A stretch of 63,172 nucleotides of DNA, the filler included, from Octopus bimaculoides (taxonomy: Eukaryota): the NCBI RefSeq assembly GCF_001194135.2. It is 3 parts of 3 records of this genome, joined end to end, with 100 filler letters (N's around TTAATTAATTAA, not from the genome) between each part and the next. Parts side by side here need not be neighbours in the genome. Positions count along the whole stretch, not along the records: positions 1 to 29,388 come from NC_068987.1; 2 more parts are not named here. The stretch is one strand, 5' to 3'. This document shows, one piece after another, positions 1 through 13,115 of the stretch. The notes under the pieces are model-generated. The model was given only the letters and a program-made list of their open reading frames with translations. It had not been told where the DNA came from and did no database searches. Position 1 is the first letter of the stretch. Each line of letters starts with the position of its first letter. The position numbers and the translations under genes are program-made.

Positions 1-239
1 TATATATATATATATATATTGATGTGGATTCACACTATCGAAGATAATGTGTTGAACAGAATATAAGTTTCCAATTGGTCAGTAGGCATCAATGCGATTA
101 GTTAGTAGTGATGATTCTGAATTTTGTACAATTATTTCTTCGAAAATAACGCATTGGCATTACATGCCTGCGTACATAGTTTATTAAGAGTCAGTGCCTA
201 CATTGGTATCATTTTTGTGTGTGTATGTAGACATTCACC

Positions 240-626
240 AGAACAAACATACACATGCACATTCGCAATTGTGCACGCTGTTATTACTTTCGAAACAGTA
301 CTTCTTGATACACGCTGTTATTACTTTCGAGACAGTACTTCTTGATACACCAAATATTTCGGCTGTTTCCGTTACACTAGCGCCTGGCATACCAGCACCA
401 GCAATTTGACCATTTTGAATGTCCGATAGAACTGTCATTTTAATGTATTTTAATTATCTTGTTCTGATGAGATCTGAAAATAAACAGCAATTTCAGCAAA
501 ACATATTAAGCAACACTAATAATAAATCAAAAACATAAAAATAAACAAGCTTTTGACGATTTTATAGATATTTCAAAATTATGATGGTAAGATGCTAGGT
601 GTTTCCATTATTTTGTTCATCTCCTG
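240..626 (-). mobile_element. Tc1-like DNA transposon, 5' part (TIR + start of transposase HTH), truncated
   Basis: Minus strand MTVLSDIQNGQIAGAGMPGASVTETAEIFGVSRSTVSKVITA resembles the Tc1 N-terminal HTH (LSDFERGQIVGAR..GASV..TA..GVSR.TVSKV). TIR-like TA|CAGGAGATGAACAAAATAATGGAAACACCT at 628-597. Confidence 0.8.
274..347. repeat. 37-bp tandem duplication inside the Tc1 remnant
   Basis: cacgctgttattactttcga(a/g)acagtacttcttgata at 274-310 and 311-347, one mismatch. Confidence 0.9.
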
Positions 627-892
627 TATGTATATGTGCAGATTTGGATGTTTCTGTTTTATGTATGTATTCTCATGCATATAGTTGCATATCTAGACAT
701 GCTCATATATACTTAAATGACAAACTTCTGGAAAGTTTTACAGACATTTACAGATCCAAGATGGATTGTATCTGTAGCCTTTAAATTAACTTTCTCCTCT
801 CTTGTTTTGAGAAGCCTAATTTTTCAACACTGGTATTTAGGCAGTGTATTACATGTCCCAGTGTCCCATAAATACAGGTATAAACTGAATAA

Positions 893-1047
893 TGCATGTA
901 TGTATGTATGTATGTATGTATGTACGTATGTATGCATGCATGTATGGTTGTATATATATATGTATGTATGCATGTATGTATGCTTGTATGACTATATGTA
1001 TGCATGTATGTATCTATCGATCTATCGATCGATCTATCTATCTATCG

Positions 1048-1119
<72 letters not shown>

Positions 1120-1207
1120 GTCTATGTATGTATGTATGTATGTATGTATGTATCTATCTATCTATCTATCTATCTGTCTGTCTATCTGTCTCTCTGTCTG
1201 TCTATCC

Positions 1208-1295
<88 letters not shown>

Positions 1296-1300
1296 TCCTG

Positions 1301-1355
<55 letters not shown>

Positions 1356-1410
1356 CTTTGTCTGCCTACCTACCTATCCATCTCTCTATATATATTGATC
1401 TATCTATTTA

Positions 1411-1485
<75 letters not shown>
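893..1485. repeat. Compound microsatellite (TATG)n/(TATC)n/(TGTC)n/(TC)n/(TA)n
   Basis: Directly visible simple repeats; they explain the YLSI/CMYV ORFs. Confidence 0.97.
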
Positions 1486-1488
<3 letters not shown>

Positions 1489-2539
1489 TATGGATGCATG
1501 TATGAATATATAGATGCGTATATGTATATATGTATAAGCGTGAGTCTATGTGTGTGTGTGTGGTTGTTTTATATTTTCCAGCAAAGAAAGATCAACGACA
1601 CAATAAGAACTTTATTACGAGAATATTGAAGACGGTTTTTAAAATTAAATATGCTTTCCATGTTTGGTTCATACGTGTAAGAATATTTCGTTGATGATAT
1701 TCAAGAAATCTGCTTATTCAAAGCAACAATACAAATGAGAAAATGCTGATTTGGTCTCTGTTCCATACCAAAAGACAATATAAATGCACAGATACATGCA
1801 TACATACATGTCTACATACATATATATAAACATACATATATACGTATACACATGCACATACACATACATGTGGTGTTTCAGATTATTTATTCAGTTTTCG
1901 TGAAGGGACTGAAATTCATTATGATTCAATCTGATTTAAAGTCTTCCTGCCGAAAACTTATAAGTGCATGCAAAGCATAAATGCGAATTGTGGTTTGTGA
2001 GAGAAATATTTATATAGCAAAGCATGTGCACAAATAAGATATAGAAAAATATTTCTAACTATATTTTTTACTTATATCTAAAGAATTAACCATATTTTTG
2101 CCATGTCTGGAGCTGTATTCAATTATTCTGAACGATATTGATTTTTCCTATAGTGTTGGGCGTGAATCTACATTTACCACCTTTTCTGCAAGAAGCACGA
2201 ACTATACAATAAATAACTTTGCAGTTTTTTGTATTATGCTAGAAAAATTTATCAGCGAATACAATAATAACATGATTCGCATTGGGCATTATTCAATAGT
2301 AGCCGAATGAATTGCTTACAAAAGTTACAGGCTTAAAAAAATAGGATTATTTAACCAGAATTGGCTGCGAATTAGTAGATTCGTTAAAATACAAAACAAA
2401 ATACATTGTCAAATCCATCGTAGATCCTTTCGTTCGGGGTTCAAATCCGAAGGAGGGCTAATATTTATCTTTTTTTGGGCCTCAATACAATTAACTGCTT
2501 CTCCAACACTTTTTTTGTTTTTGATATCGCTAAGATGAG

Positions 2540-2640
2540 AGAAGGAGCATTGGTTAGTGCCCAGATTATTAGGCTCACGATCGAAAGGTTGTGCGTTCAA
2601 TTCCTGGCGGTGCGTTATCTCCTTGAGCAAGACAATACAT
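2540..2640 (+). mobile_element. tRNA-derived SINE head, family D (degenerate)
   Basis: B-box-like GTTCAATTCC followed by tccttgagcaagaca; homologous segments at 5330-5430, 26515-26570 and 40060. Confidence 0.6.
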
Positions 2641-2652
2641 TTCCCGTTGCAA

Positions 2653-3205
2653 GGGGGCGAGCTGGCAGAGACGTTAGTACGCCGGATGAAATGCATTGCG
2701 GTATTTCGTCTGTCTTTACGTTCTGAGTTTAAATTCCACCGAGGTTGACTTTGCTTTTCATCCTTTCAGGGTCGATAAACTAAGTAACAACTAATCGAAT
2801 GTCCCCCTCTCCAAAAAATTGAGGCCTTGTGCCTAGAGTAGAAAAGAATATTCTAATTACTTATATATCGTTTTTCGTCTGTCTTTACGTTCTGAGTTCA
2901 AATTCTGCTGAGATCGACTTCGCCTTTCATCCTTTCGGGGTCGATAAACTAAGTAACAACTAATCGAATGTCCTCCTCCCCAAAAAACCGAGGCCTTGTG
3001 CCTAGAGTAGAAAAGAATATTCTAATTACTTATATATCGTTTTTCGCCTGTCTTTATGTTCTGAGTTCAAATTCTGCTGAGATCGACTTCACCTTTCATC
3101 CTTTCGGGGTCGATAAATTAAGTACTAACTGCGTACTGGGTCGATCGAATCGACTGCCCCCTCCCCCAAAATTGCATGGCCTGTACCTAGAGTAGAACAG
3201 AATAT
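2653..3205 (+). mobile_element. SINE family A, head-to-tail trimer
   Basis: ggcgagctggcaga...gagttcaaattc...gcctttcatcctttcggggtcgataaa body present three times; units 2 and 3 restart at g(t/a)tttcg(t/c)ctg. Confidence 0.9.
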
Positions 3206-3289
3206 ATTTCATGTTGCTGCAGTTCACAAGCTTGCAAATATGTGTGGTACCCGTAGTTCAGTGTGCTAGTCTGGTCGCATTCGGTGTGT

Positions 3290-3415
3290 CGTGCTGAACA
3301 TCCCAGAGAACTACGTTATGAGTAAGCGTGTCTGTGGAGTGTTCAGCCGTTTACACGTTAATTTCATGAGCGGGCTGTTTTGTAGATCGAATCAACTGGA
3401 GCATCTTAATTCTTT
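3290..3415 (+). mobile_element. SINE family B, 3' fragment
   Basis: gagaactacgtta...gtgtctgtggagtg.tcagcc...cacgttaatttca matches 30555-30660. Confidence 0.8.
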
Positions 3416-4025
3416 AACCCTACCTGCCAGCGCTGGACTTGAAAGTAACGGGACACGCTCACTGATTCATCGGTAAAAAAACCATTCTTAATCTAAAATA
3501 TTTCATCCAAAAATAATTCAATTTTCTTTTACTTTAATTTTGTTTCTTCTGTCAGTTTCTGAAAACTCACCAGTTTTATATTTTATATGCACCTAAATTC
3601 AAATTGTAATTTTGAGTCTTCTTTTTATGTTTCATCTGTCTGTTCTGCTGGTAAAGATTCTAGTCGTGGCTTTCGTAACTTAGGTGGTTAATTCAAATTT
3701 CCCCGCGGTTGAATTCACCTTTCATCCTTCCGGTGTTGATAAAATAAAAGCTATTTGGCCACTTGTGTCAACATAATAAATTTAGCCCCCACCCCAACAC
3801 TGCTGGCCTTGTGCCAAAATTATGAATTATTGTAAGTTCATGGGTACAAGTAAAAAAAGAGGACATGAGCAGGATGGGATTTTCTAAAAGACTGACTTTT
3901 GAGATCCGACGGCTTGGATGGTGTAATTTGTAGGGATTAGCGAATAACGAAATATTAGTAACGAGCTGAATCGAGATGAGGAGGTCGGAAGTGGAAGTGG
4001 CTTACATTTTGTTCAGTTTATTTAG

Positions 4026-4237
4026 GGCAGCGAGCTGGTAGAATTGTTACCACGCCGGAGAAAATTATTCACAGTTTCCTCCAGGTGTTTATGTTCTGAA
4101 TACAAATTGCGGCAATGTTGACCATGCCTTTCATCATTCCGAAGTCGAGAAAATAGGAAGCAGTTGAGCCTCGGATCAATACAAACGAAATCATCCTCCC
4201 CTCAAAATTTCTGGTCTCCTGCTAAAATTACAAAGAA
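4026..4237 (+). mobile_element. SINE family A, diverged copy
   Basis: ggcagcgagctggtagaa...gcctttcatcattccgaagtcgagaaaataggaagcagtt...aaaatttctggtctcctgc. Confidence 0.75.
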
Positions 4238-5329
4238 TTATGTCCCGTTTAGTTTTCTTTTATCTGAAACAGAATGTCAAAGTAAGATAGCTATGAACTG
4301 AGACATCGATACGAAAACTGTTAGTCAAAAGGAAGTTCATATGCTTTGTGATGTACGAGAAAATTTGATGCACCGATTAGAACCGCGATGAATCAATAAT
4401 ATTAAGTCTAATGGAGGACGTTCAAGAAATGATCAGAATTAAAAATATGCAGAGTCTACGACAGAGAATATATACTCGGCTGTAGCTTCTTCCTGTTGTT
4501 GAGATATGGGTATATTGCTGAGATGGCTGAAGCCTTACGGCATTATTTCGGTTATCAACTTATGTATTAAATCTGGAATTTGAAGTACTATTTTTTCATT
4601 TGAGATTTGAGGATAATATAAAAATGAAATATGTAATGTTTTCTTAGTATTTCAATGATATTACTAAATGTGATGTATCTATATACAATCGATTTTTCCA
4701 CGTGGAAGACAAGATCAGCAACATTAAAAGTGAGTACTAATTGACGAGAACTCTCAAAATCGCAACGAATGCTAAGCTCCTAAGCTTCTCGGTCACAAGA
4801 GATATCTGCAAACGAAAGAATAGAATCAAAATAGAAAAAAAAAACTACATCCTAAAGTCTAGCCTCTGTATTTGATGCGAAAATAAACTACTAATTCCCA
4901 GTAATATTCACTGAAATGGCATACAGCTAGTACAAATCGATGTTATAGATGCATGTCCCTCAAAACAGCCACCTACAATGTGATCTGCAGCTGGTCAACA
5001 AAACTATCCATCCTCTGGGGTATAGCACCCGTTTTCTGCCTGTCTCTGCCTGTCTTTCTACCTGATGTCTTTCGAATATAGTTTGTCTCGTGTCACCCTC
5101 ATTATGCCTTTTGCCTTCTCACCTCACATTTATTGCATTCAGCCTCAGACACCACGACAGCACTTAGACATTGTTATACATATTCAAAATGCTATCTCTT
5201 TGGAAATTCATTCTGCGAATAAGTAGAATTGGGAAAATACAACATAAAAACAGCGGATATTAACAAACAAACAACTACTTCGTGATTTCTGTCTTAGCTT
5301 TTTTTGTTTTTGATATCGCTAAGATGAGA

Positions 5330-5430
5330 GAAGGAGCATTGCTTAGTGCATAGGTTATTCGGTTCATGATCGAAACGCCGTGCGTTTGATTCTTGGCGGC
5401 GCGTTATCTTCTTGAGCAAGACAACATTTA
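5330..5430 (+). mobile_element. tRNA-derived SINE head, family D (degenerate)
   Basis: Homologous to 2540-2640. Confidence 0.55.
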
Positions 5431-5854
5431 CATGCTCCCACCCCATCAGAAAAAGAAATCATGCAGATAAGCATACGATAAGCATAACCGGTAAATAATT
5501 GAACGGGAAATACTTTGGATTACCTTAATAATTTGGAAGTAAAAACAAAGAACACTTATGGATTGCCAAAAATTCATAAATAGAAACAAATCCATAGCTG
5601 CATAAAAGACCTCCTATACGCTATATGTAAAGACCCTCAAACCGTCTGATTTCAAGTTACGTCCAATTTTGCAGGATCGATATCGAACACCGGGTGATTA
5701 AGCAATTTACTTGACGTAAATTTTGAAACCATTGAACAAATTGATAAATTCTAACTTCAGAGATGACATACACGTCCAAAATCATGTCCTAGAAATAGCT
5801 AAAGTTTCTGCCAGCTCAAGGCCTTAGAAATAGCGAATATTCTTTTGTTTTCTT

Positions 5855-6268
5855 GGCACAAGGCTCGAAATTTTGGGGAGGGGTGGGCCAGTCGATTAGA
5901 TCGACCCCAGTATGTAACTGGTACTTAATTTATCCCCCCCAAAAGGATGAAAGGCAAAGTGGACCTCGGCGGAATATGAACTCAGAAATACCGCTAAGCT
6001 TTTCGGCCGGCGTGCTAACGTTTCTGCCAGCTCACCGGCTTAGAAATAGCGAAAATTATTTTCTACTCTAGGCGCATGGCCCGAAATATTTGGGGAGTGG
6101 GCAGTCGATTCGATCCATCACTGTATACAACGGGTACTTAATTTATCGACCCCGAAATGATAAAAGGCAAAGTCACCCTCGGCTGAATTTGAACTCACAA
6201 CGTAAAGACAGACTAAATACTGCTAAGCATTTGGCCTGGCGTGCTAACGTTTCCGCCAGCTCACCGCC
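5855..6268 (-). mobile_element. Two adjacent SINE family A copies bounded by a repeated target-site sequence
   Basis: Two reverse-complement family A bodies (5855-6039, 6066-6268); ttagaaatagcgaaaatta at 6040-6058 and 6269-6287. Confidence 0.85.
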
Positions 6269-6289
6269 TTAGAAATAGCGAAAATTAAG

Positions 6290-6790
6290 ACAAACCTAGT
6301 AAGGTTCGATGTGACTAACCCCAGCACTAATATCTCATGTGGATTAGGAATTAGGATTACAAGCAGTAGTTATCTGGATAGAGAAACATCTACACAGAAT
6401 TGTGGAAAGATTCCCAAAGTAATTTATACTGGAAGGATTACGACTGGTGATAGAAAACAAGTAATTCTTCTTTGATAACTATTCTTACCTTCAAAGTATT
6501 CGATGGCAATGGGAAGGAAAGTTAGACCTACATTTGCAACACTAGTATTGGAACTGCTCGAAGAAAAACATCTCTGCTCTTTCAGGAATTTGATCAACAT
6601 ACTCAATCCTATTTAAGAGGGATTTTGAAAGGTTTCCTGGATAGCTGCTTCATATATTGCTAATGAAACAACGATGGCCGTGCAAGAACCCTTAAACATA
6701 TGCATAGCTTTCATTAATCGATCTAGTTCACAATGAAAATGAAGTAAGGGAACTTCCACTTTCGACCATACTAACAATTAAGAAAAAACT
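6290..6790 (+). mobile_element. Penelope-like element reverse transcriptase fragment (frameshifted)
   Basis: Across frames: LVRFDVT, FILEGLRLVIENK*FFFDNYSYLQ, MGRKVRPTFATLVLELLEEK, KGFLDSCFIY, ELPL. These match PLE RT motifs (LVSFDV.SL; ENNYF.F...YLQ; AMG...AP.YA.L; RFLDDCF). Confidence 0.8.
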
Positions 6791-6911
6791 AAGCGATTTG
6801 TTTGTCCGTCTGCTTCTCCCTCTATGTTTNNNNNNNNNNNNNNNNNNNNNNNNNNNNNNNNNNNNNNNNNNNNNNNNNNNNNNNNNNNNNNNNNNNNNNN
6901 NNNNNNNNNNN

Positions 6912-6954
<43 letters not shown>

Positions 6955-8949
6955 ATATATACATATTCATATGTATATGTGTAATTATCTGCGTGTGTGT
7001 GTATGTATGAATGTGTGCGTAGACAGAGTGGTTACTGATAAATATATTCACTATATTCATACGTGTATCTCGATGTATTTTAAAATGTTAGTTCACTTTG
7101 TGTATGTGAGAGAGATCAAGTTTGAGAGAGACAAATTTTGTGAGAAAATAAACACTGAAGCACATATTCAAGACGTCATAAGTCTATTAAGAGATATTAC
7201 CGAAATAGAAATCACCAATTTGTGATTTAAAATGAGAAAAATATAGAAATAAATAACAAGTAGTCTCTCCGTATACTTAGACGTTGATACACGTTAGTGT
7301 TTTGCAGCTACTCTAAACCACAGACACGAACTAACAACAACTACAACAAGAAGGTAGACAGCCACATTTACATAAATTTACAATATTATACAATTTTATA
7401 CATACACCACCACACAACTTACTTGTATATATATATGTATATATATATATATATATATACATATAAAACTACATACATATCTGTATGTATTGATATATAG
7501 ATATATACGTNNNNNNNNNNNNNNNNNNNNNNNNNNNNNNNNNNNNNNNNNNNNNNNNNNNNNNNNNNNNNNNNNNNNNNNNNNNNNNNNNNNNNNNNNN
7601 NNNNNNNNNNNNNNNNNNNNNNNNNNNNNNNNNNNNNNNNNNNNNNNNNNNNNNNNNNNNNNNNNNNNNNNNNNNNNNNNNNNNNNNNNNNNNNNNNNNN
7701 NNNNNNNNNNNNNNNNNNNNNNNNNNNNNNNNNNNNNNNNNNNNNNNNNNNNNNNNNNNNNNNNNNNNNNNNNNNNNNNNNNNNNNNNNNNNNNNNNNNN
7801 NNNNNNNNNNNNNNNNNNNNNNNNNNNNNNNNNNNNNNNNNNNNNNNNNNNNNNNNNNNNNNNNNNNNNNNNNNNNNNNNNNNNNNNNNNNNNNNNNNNN
7901 NNNNNNNNNNNNNNNNNNNNNNNNNNNNNNNNNNNNNNNNNNNNNNNNNNNNNNNNNNNNNNNNNNNNNNNNNNNNNNNNNNNNNNNNNNNNNNNNNNNN
8001 NNNNNNNNNNNNNNNNNNNNNNNNNNNNNNNNNNNNNNNNNNNNNNNNNNNNNNNNNNNNNNNNNNNNNNNNNNNNNNNNNNNNNNNNNNNNNNNNNNNN
8101 NNNNNNNNNNNNNNNNNNNNNNNNNNNNNNNNNNNNNNNNNNNNNNNNNNNNNNNNNNNNNNNNNNNNNNNNNNNNNNNNNNNNNNNNNNNNNNNNNNNN
8201 NNNNNNNNNNNNNNNNNNNNNNNNNNNNNNNNNNNNNNNNNNNNNNNNNATATATATATATATAGGTAAATATATACATATATATATATATATATACATA
8301 GATATATATATATGTATATATATGTGTGTGTGTGTGCTTTGCGTGTTTGTATGTATATGCGTATTTATGTGTTATTTGTATTTTTATGTATTCGTGTATA
8401 GATAGATTTATGTTGTCACACATATTCGATCGAAAACACACGCACACCCTCTCAATCCCTCACGGACTCGTAGACACACCTCAAATACAAGCACACGTCT
8501 ATAACAGTGTTGTTTGCTTATTGTATATATATAACTTTATGTGTGGTTATATGTGTTTACATATATAATCACTTTATTCTAAACTGTTAGTGCGTGTGTT
8601 TCCTGCGTGTGTAAATGCTCTTCGTCCATTATCCAATTTTCCTACGGAGATAAAAAAAAAAACAATGTAGAACGCCATGGTCTTTAAGATCCCAATTATA
8701 ATCTGAAGAGGTGGGAAGAAACAATGTAAAAAAGAACGAAATAATTGACAACAAATTATATTAACATATTAAGACAATGAGGAAAACGTTGCGAAAAACA
8801 GTGATTCATGGCGACATACACACGCGCGTCCATATATTTGTATATATGTATGAAAATATGCATATTTATATTCGTATAGTTATCAATCTATCAATCTAAC
8901 TTTCTCTGAATCTCTCTATATATGCTTATAAGAGCTTATGAAAATACTG

Positions 8950-9014
8950 ATACACACACACACACACACACACGCACACACACACACGTACACACACACA
9001 CACACACTCACACA

Positions 9015-9110
<96 letters not shown>
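8950..9110. repeat. (CA)n-(TA)n microsatellite
   Basis: Directly visible. Confidence 0.97.
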
Positions 9111-9111
<1 letters not shown>

Positions 9112-9991
9112 CGACGGCGCGAGAGGAAGAATGGGAGTGACAGAAGGAAGTGAATGCAAAGATGGGAAATCTAAGTGTCAGTGAATACAAGGAAGTGGAA
9201 TGAACTAGAGAAGGATTTGAGTAAGGTAAATGTATAATGGAAGCGATGATTGGAAATATTTCAAAGAAATCTTGCCTGAAGCAGAAAGACTAGCGGAATT
9301 TCAAAATTTATCCTGCGGCCATATAACCACTTCAATTTGCCGAGAATATAATTAGTTTATTCAAAGGCAACGGACAAAACTTTTAAATATATTTTGCGGT
9401 TGGATATATAAAAATACAAAATGCGAAACAGAATTGTTAATCAATATATTTCTTGCAAATATATACGTATGTGTGTGTTTGTGCGTGTATATATGTATGC
9501 TGTACAACAAATATATATACACATACGTATACGAGTCTGTGTGTGTGTATTATACATGTGCATATATAGACATAGGTAAATGTATCTATACAGTTATGCA
9601 TATATGTATATATAGATATGTACATATATACACACGTATATGCATACATACATATATATATATATNNNNNNNNNNNNNNNNNNNNNNNNNNNNNNNNNNN
9701 NNNNNNNNNNNNNNNNNNNNNNNNNNNNNNNNNNNNNNNNNNNNNATATATACGTATGTATATGTATATGCATACATACATATATATGTATGTATATGTG
9801 TGTGTTCTTTACTTCACTTTTTATAGGTACGTTAGAAAATTGCCAATTATGCGAAAAGCATAGAAAACACTAATAAAATATTTTGAATGAAGTCAACAAA
9901 TACATTTGTAATTACATATATCTACACATAAACATATGTGGAAAAATATCGTTGAATACTATGAGTATTTGTGCGTATGCATGTGTCTATG

Positions 9992-10029
<38 letters not shown>

Positions 10030-12881
10030 TGTATATATGCTTACATATACACCGACATACTCTCATGCACATTTGCACACACTCACATATATGTGTAAAT
10101 ATATATGTAGCTCTGCATCTATATGAGTGTGTTTATGTGCGTGTGCACGTATGTATGTAATATTTATATAAATAAATATATATATATATACAAGTATATA
10201 TATATATATATATNNNNNNNNNNNNNNNNNNNNNNNNNNNNNNNNNNNNNNNNNNNNNNNNNNNNNNNNNNNNNNNNNNNNNNNNNNNNNNNNNNNNNNN
10301 NNNNNNNNNNNNNNNNNNNNNNNNNNNNNNNNNNNNNNNNNNNNNNNNNNNNNNNNNNNNNNNNNNNNNNNNNNNNNNNNNNNNNNNNNNNNNNNNNNNN
10401 NNNNNNNNNNNNNNNNNNNNNNNNNNNNNNNNNNNNNNNNNNNNNNNNNNNNNNNNNNNNNNNNNNNNNNNNNNNNNNNNNNNNNNNNNNNNNNNNNNNN
10501 NNNNNNNNNNNNNNNNNNNNNNNNNNNNNNNNNNNNNNNNNNNNNNNNNNNNNNNNNNNNNNNNNNNNNNNNNNNNNNNNNNNNNNNNNNNNNNNNNNNN
10601 NNNNNNNNNNNNNNNNNNNNNNNNNNNNNNNNNNNNNNNNNNNNNNNNNNNNNNNNNNNNNNNNNNNNNNNNNNNNNNNNNNNNNNNNNNNNNNNNNNNN
10701 NNNNNNNNNNNNNNNNNNNNNNNNNNNNNNNNNNNNNNNNNNNNNNNNNNNNNNNNNNNNNNNNNNNNNNNNNNNNNNNNNNNNNNNNNNNNNNNNNNNN
10801 NNNNNNNNNNNNNNNNNNNNNNNNNNNNNNNNNNNNNNNNNNNNNNNNNNNNNNNNNNNNNNNNNNNNNNNNNNNNNNNNNNNNNNNNNNNNNNNNNNNN
10901 NNNNNNNNNNNNNNNNNNNNNNNNNNNNNNNNNNNNNNNNNNNNNNNNNNNNNNNNNNNNNNNNNNNNNNNNNNNNNNNNNNNNNNNNNNNNNNNNNNNN
11001 NNNNNNNNNNNNNNNNNNNNNNNNNNNNNNNNNNNNNNNNNNNNNNNNNNNNNNNNNNNNNNNNNNNNNNNNNNNNNNNNNNNNNNNNNNNNNNNNNNNN
11101 NNNNNNNNNNNNATATATATATATATAAGTATGATATAGACATGCAGATCTAATTTTTGTTGAAATTGAAAGATGATTTTACGAAGCAATCCTTTTCTCC
11201 CCACCAAAAGTTACATTTGATATAGCAATGATATGTTACCTCCCTTTTCAACTACTAATCATTTACATAAACTAATCTTTTCGCGCTATAATTTTGAATT
11301 ACCAACCATCGACTCAGAGTTTATAGAAAGATCGAAATTCAAAGCTTCGAAAGTCACTCCCAATATTTGTCCCGCCTATATTTCCTCCTCTTCATAGTGT
11401 ACAGAAATAAACTGTAATAAAAATACTATAAATATATTAATTTACTCAATGATATAATAAACTGTAATTACGAACGAAATAAAAGTTCGGCAGTATACCT
11501 ATAATGAAGTAATATAGCGACATTTTGTCCATGTTTACGTTGAAATGTCTCCGAGGTAGACCTAATGATTCTTCATTTCGGATTCGATAAAACAAATCCA
11601 TTTAACTTGTGATCGACTTAATCCTATTCCCCCGAAGTTGCTGGCTTTGTGCCAATATTTAAAACCAATATTAAGCTGTTTACTGACTACAACCTTAAAT
11701 TGTGTGGTATTGAACTTTCCAAAAAAATGTTGTCGCTATTGCCTACAAACATGCCTTCATATATAATGAAATATCGTGTACTTCCTCTGATAAATCAAAA
11801 AGTCAACAACGGCAAATTTTGGATTTCAGTTCCACAAATATCCTCCGATATAAGCCAATACCCACCGATACCCACCATATACAAATTTCATCTATCAATC
11901 AAACTAGAACCTTCTTCCTTGTGCCGCAACTATTAAAATCAGAGAACGTATAACAGCTTTTGGACAAAATTACAGATATCGATTTCTTGGCTTATGTAGA
12001 AAAACGTCTTTGTTGAAACAGATTAAACCAAAAATCTATACCAAATCGACCACGCTACTTATCATAGACTCTTATTTATATTAATCTCAAAACGAACTTA
12101 TGAGAAAACCAAGTGGAATACTAAAGGAGCTTAATATCCGAAGCCCAAAATTACTTCTGATCTCTGAGTTGAAATAAAAACACAACCATCTCACACGTCA
12201 AAAGACTATTTATACTTATATGGACGATTAAAGCATAACATCTTTATTTAGATTAATCAACGCCGAAAGAAAAAAAGAAAAGTAGTTATAAATTTTTAGT
12301 TGGCACTTATATAAATTCACACCAAAATTTCTAAATTTCTCTGCTTAAAGCTAGGGATTTAATAACTCTACTCTCAGTAAAATGTTCAAATATTCATATA
12401 TAATATAAATATCACTGAAATCTTACACAAAAATATAACAAGTTATTACATTTCTCTCCCAGAATGACTGCTCGATATTATACTTTTCTAAAACAACCAC
12501 AGCAACAACAAATTCTTGAAGAATTCTCTAAAAACTGCCAAACTATTATAATTTCTGCTACAGCAGCACTACTCAATATTGCCCTGAATTTTGTTACAAC
12601 AATGATAGTCATGAAACATGTGTTAATGGAAATTAATCTAATCAACACATGCATAAAAGTATAGCGAAATGACACGAATTTATAAGCACCAGTATTTCAT
12701 TTTTGTTTCAGCATGGTGCTTATTCTATCGGTGACCTTTGCCGAACTGCTTTTTAATGGGACGTAAACACACCAGCATCAGTTGTGAAGAGATGGTGGAG
12801 CTCGTTCTCTCACACACACGCACGTACGCACGCACACACAGACACGTATATACACATACTTATATATATATATATAATATA

Positions 12882-13115
12882 TACGAGGTCTGGTCAATAC
12901 GTATCCGGACAGTTGCTATAGTAATGAAGCTAAAGCGCGGAGAGAGAAGCCTCTTCGTAAAGATTGACCTTGAACTCTGCTGTGCATGCGCAGTAAGGTT
13001 TAACGTTCTAGCTCACTTTCGCTGTTTACAGCAGTGCTTGAAAGGAAGTTGTGTAGCGTGTGATCGTTGCATTGACCATGACAGAGGAAGCTGGACGGAG
13101 AATCTGCATCTATTT
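12882..13115 (+). mobile_element. mariner-like transposon 5' end (TIR + transposase start), truncated
   Basis: TA-CGAGGTCTGGTCAATA.GTATCCGGAC TIR-like start after a TA run; MTEEAGRRICIYF resembles mariner N-termini (MTE..EQRICIKF). Confidence 0.7.

Noticed and set aside
461-490. gttCTGATGAgatctGAAAataaacag hammerhead-like string
   Set aside because: No helix III and no helix II loop; it lies within the Tc1 5' region, so likely chance.
717-1513. Long ORFs rich in [16 protein letters not shown] (also 16243-16815, 41826-42757, 46791-48349 and others)
   Set aside because: They are translations of TATC/TATG/CA/TA microsatellites, which lack stops in some frames.
1582-1676. Possible exon ttttccag|...CGT|gtaaga with one open frame
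   Set aside because: Weak donor context, unrecognised peptide and no supporting neighbour; such pairs are common by chance in AT-rich DNA.
5700-5790. Minus-strand peptide containing WFQNLR, resembling homeodomain helix 3
   Set aside because: The surrounding residues do not fit a homeodomain and the frame is short.
7419-11207. Long ORFs full of X (also at 19.4-20.4, 35.1-36.3, 37.2-38.1 and 55.0-56.3 kb)
   Set aside because: They span N gaps and are not real reading frames.
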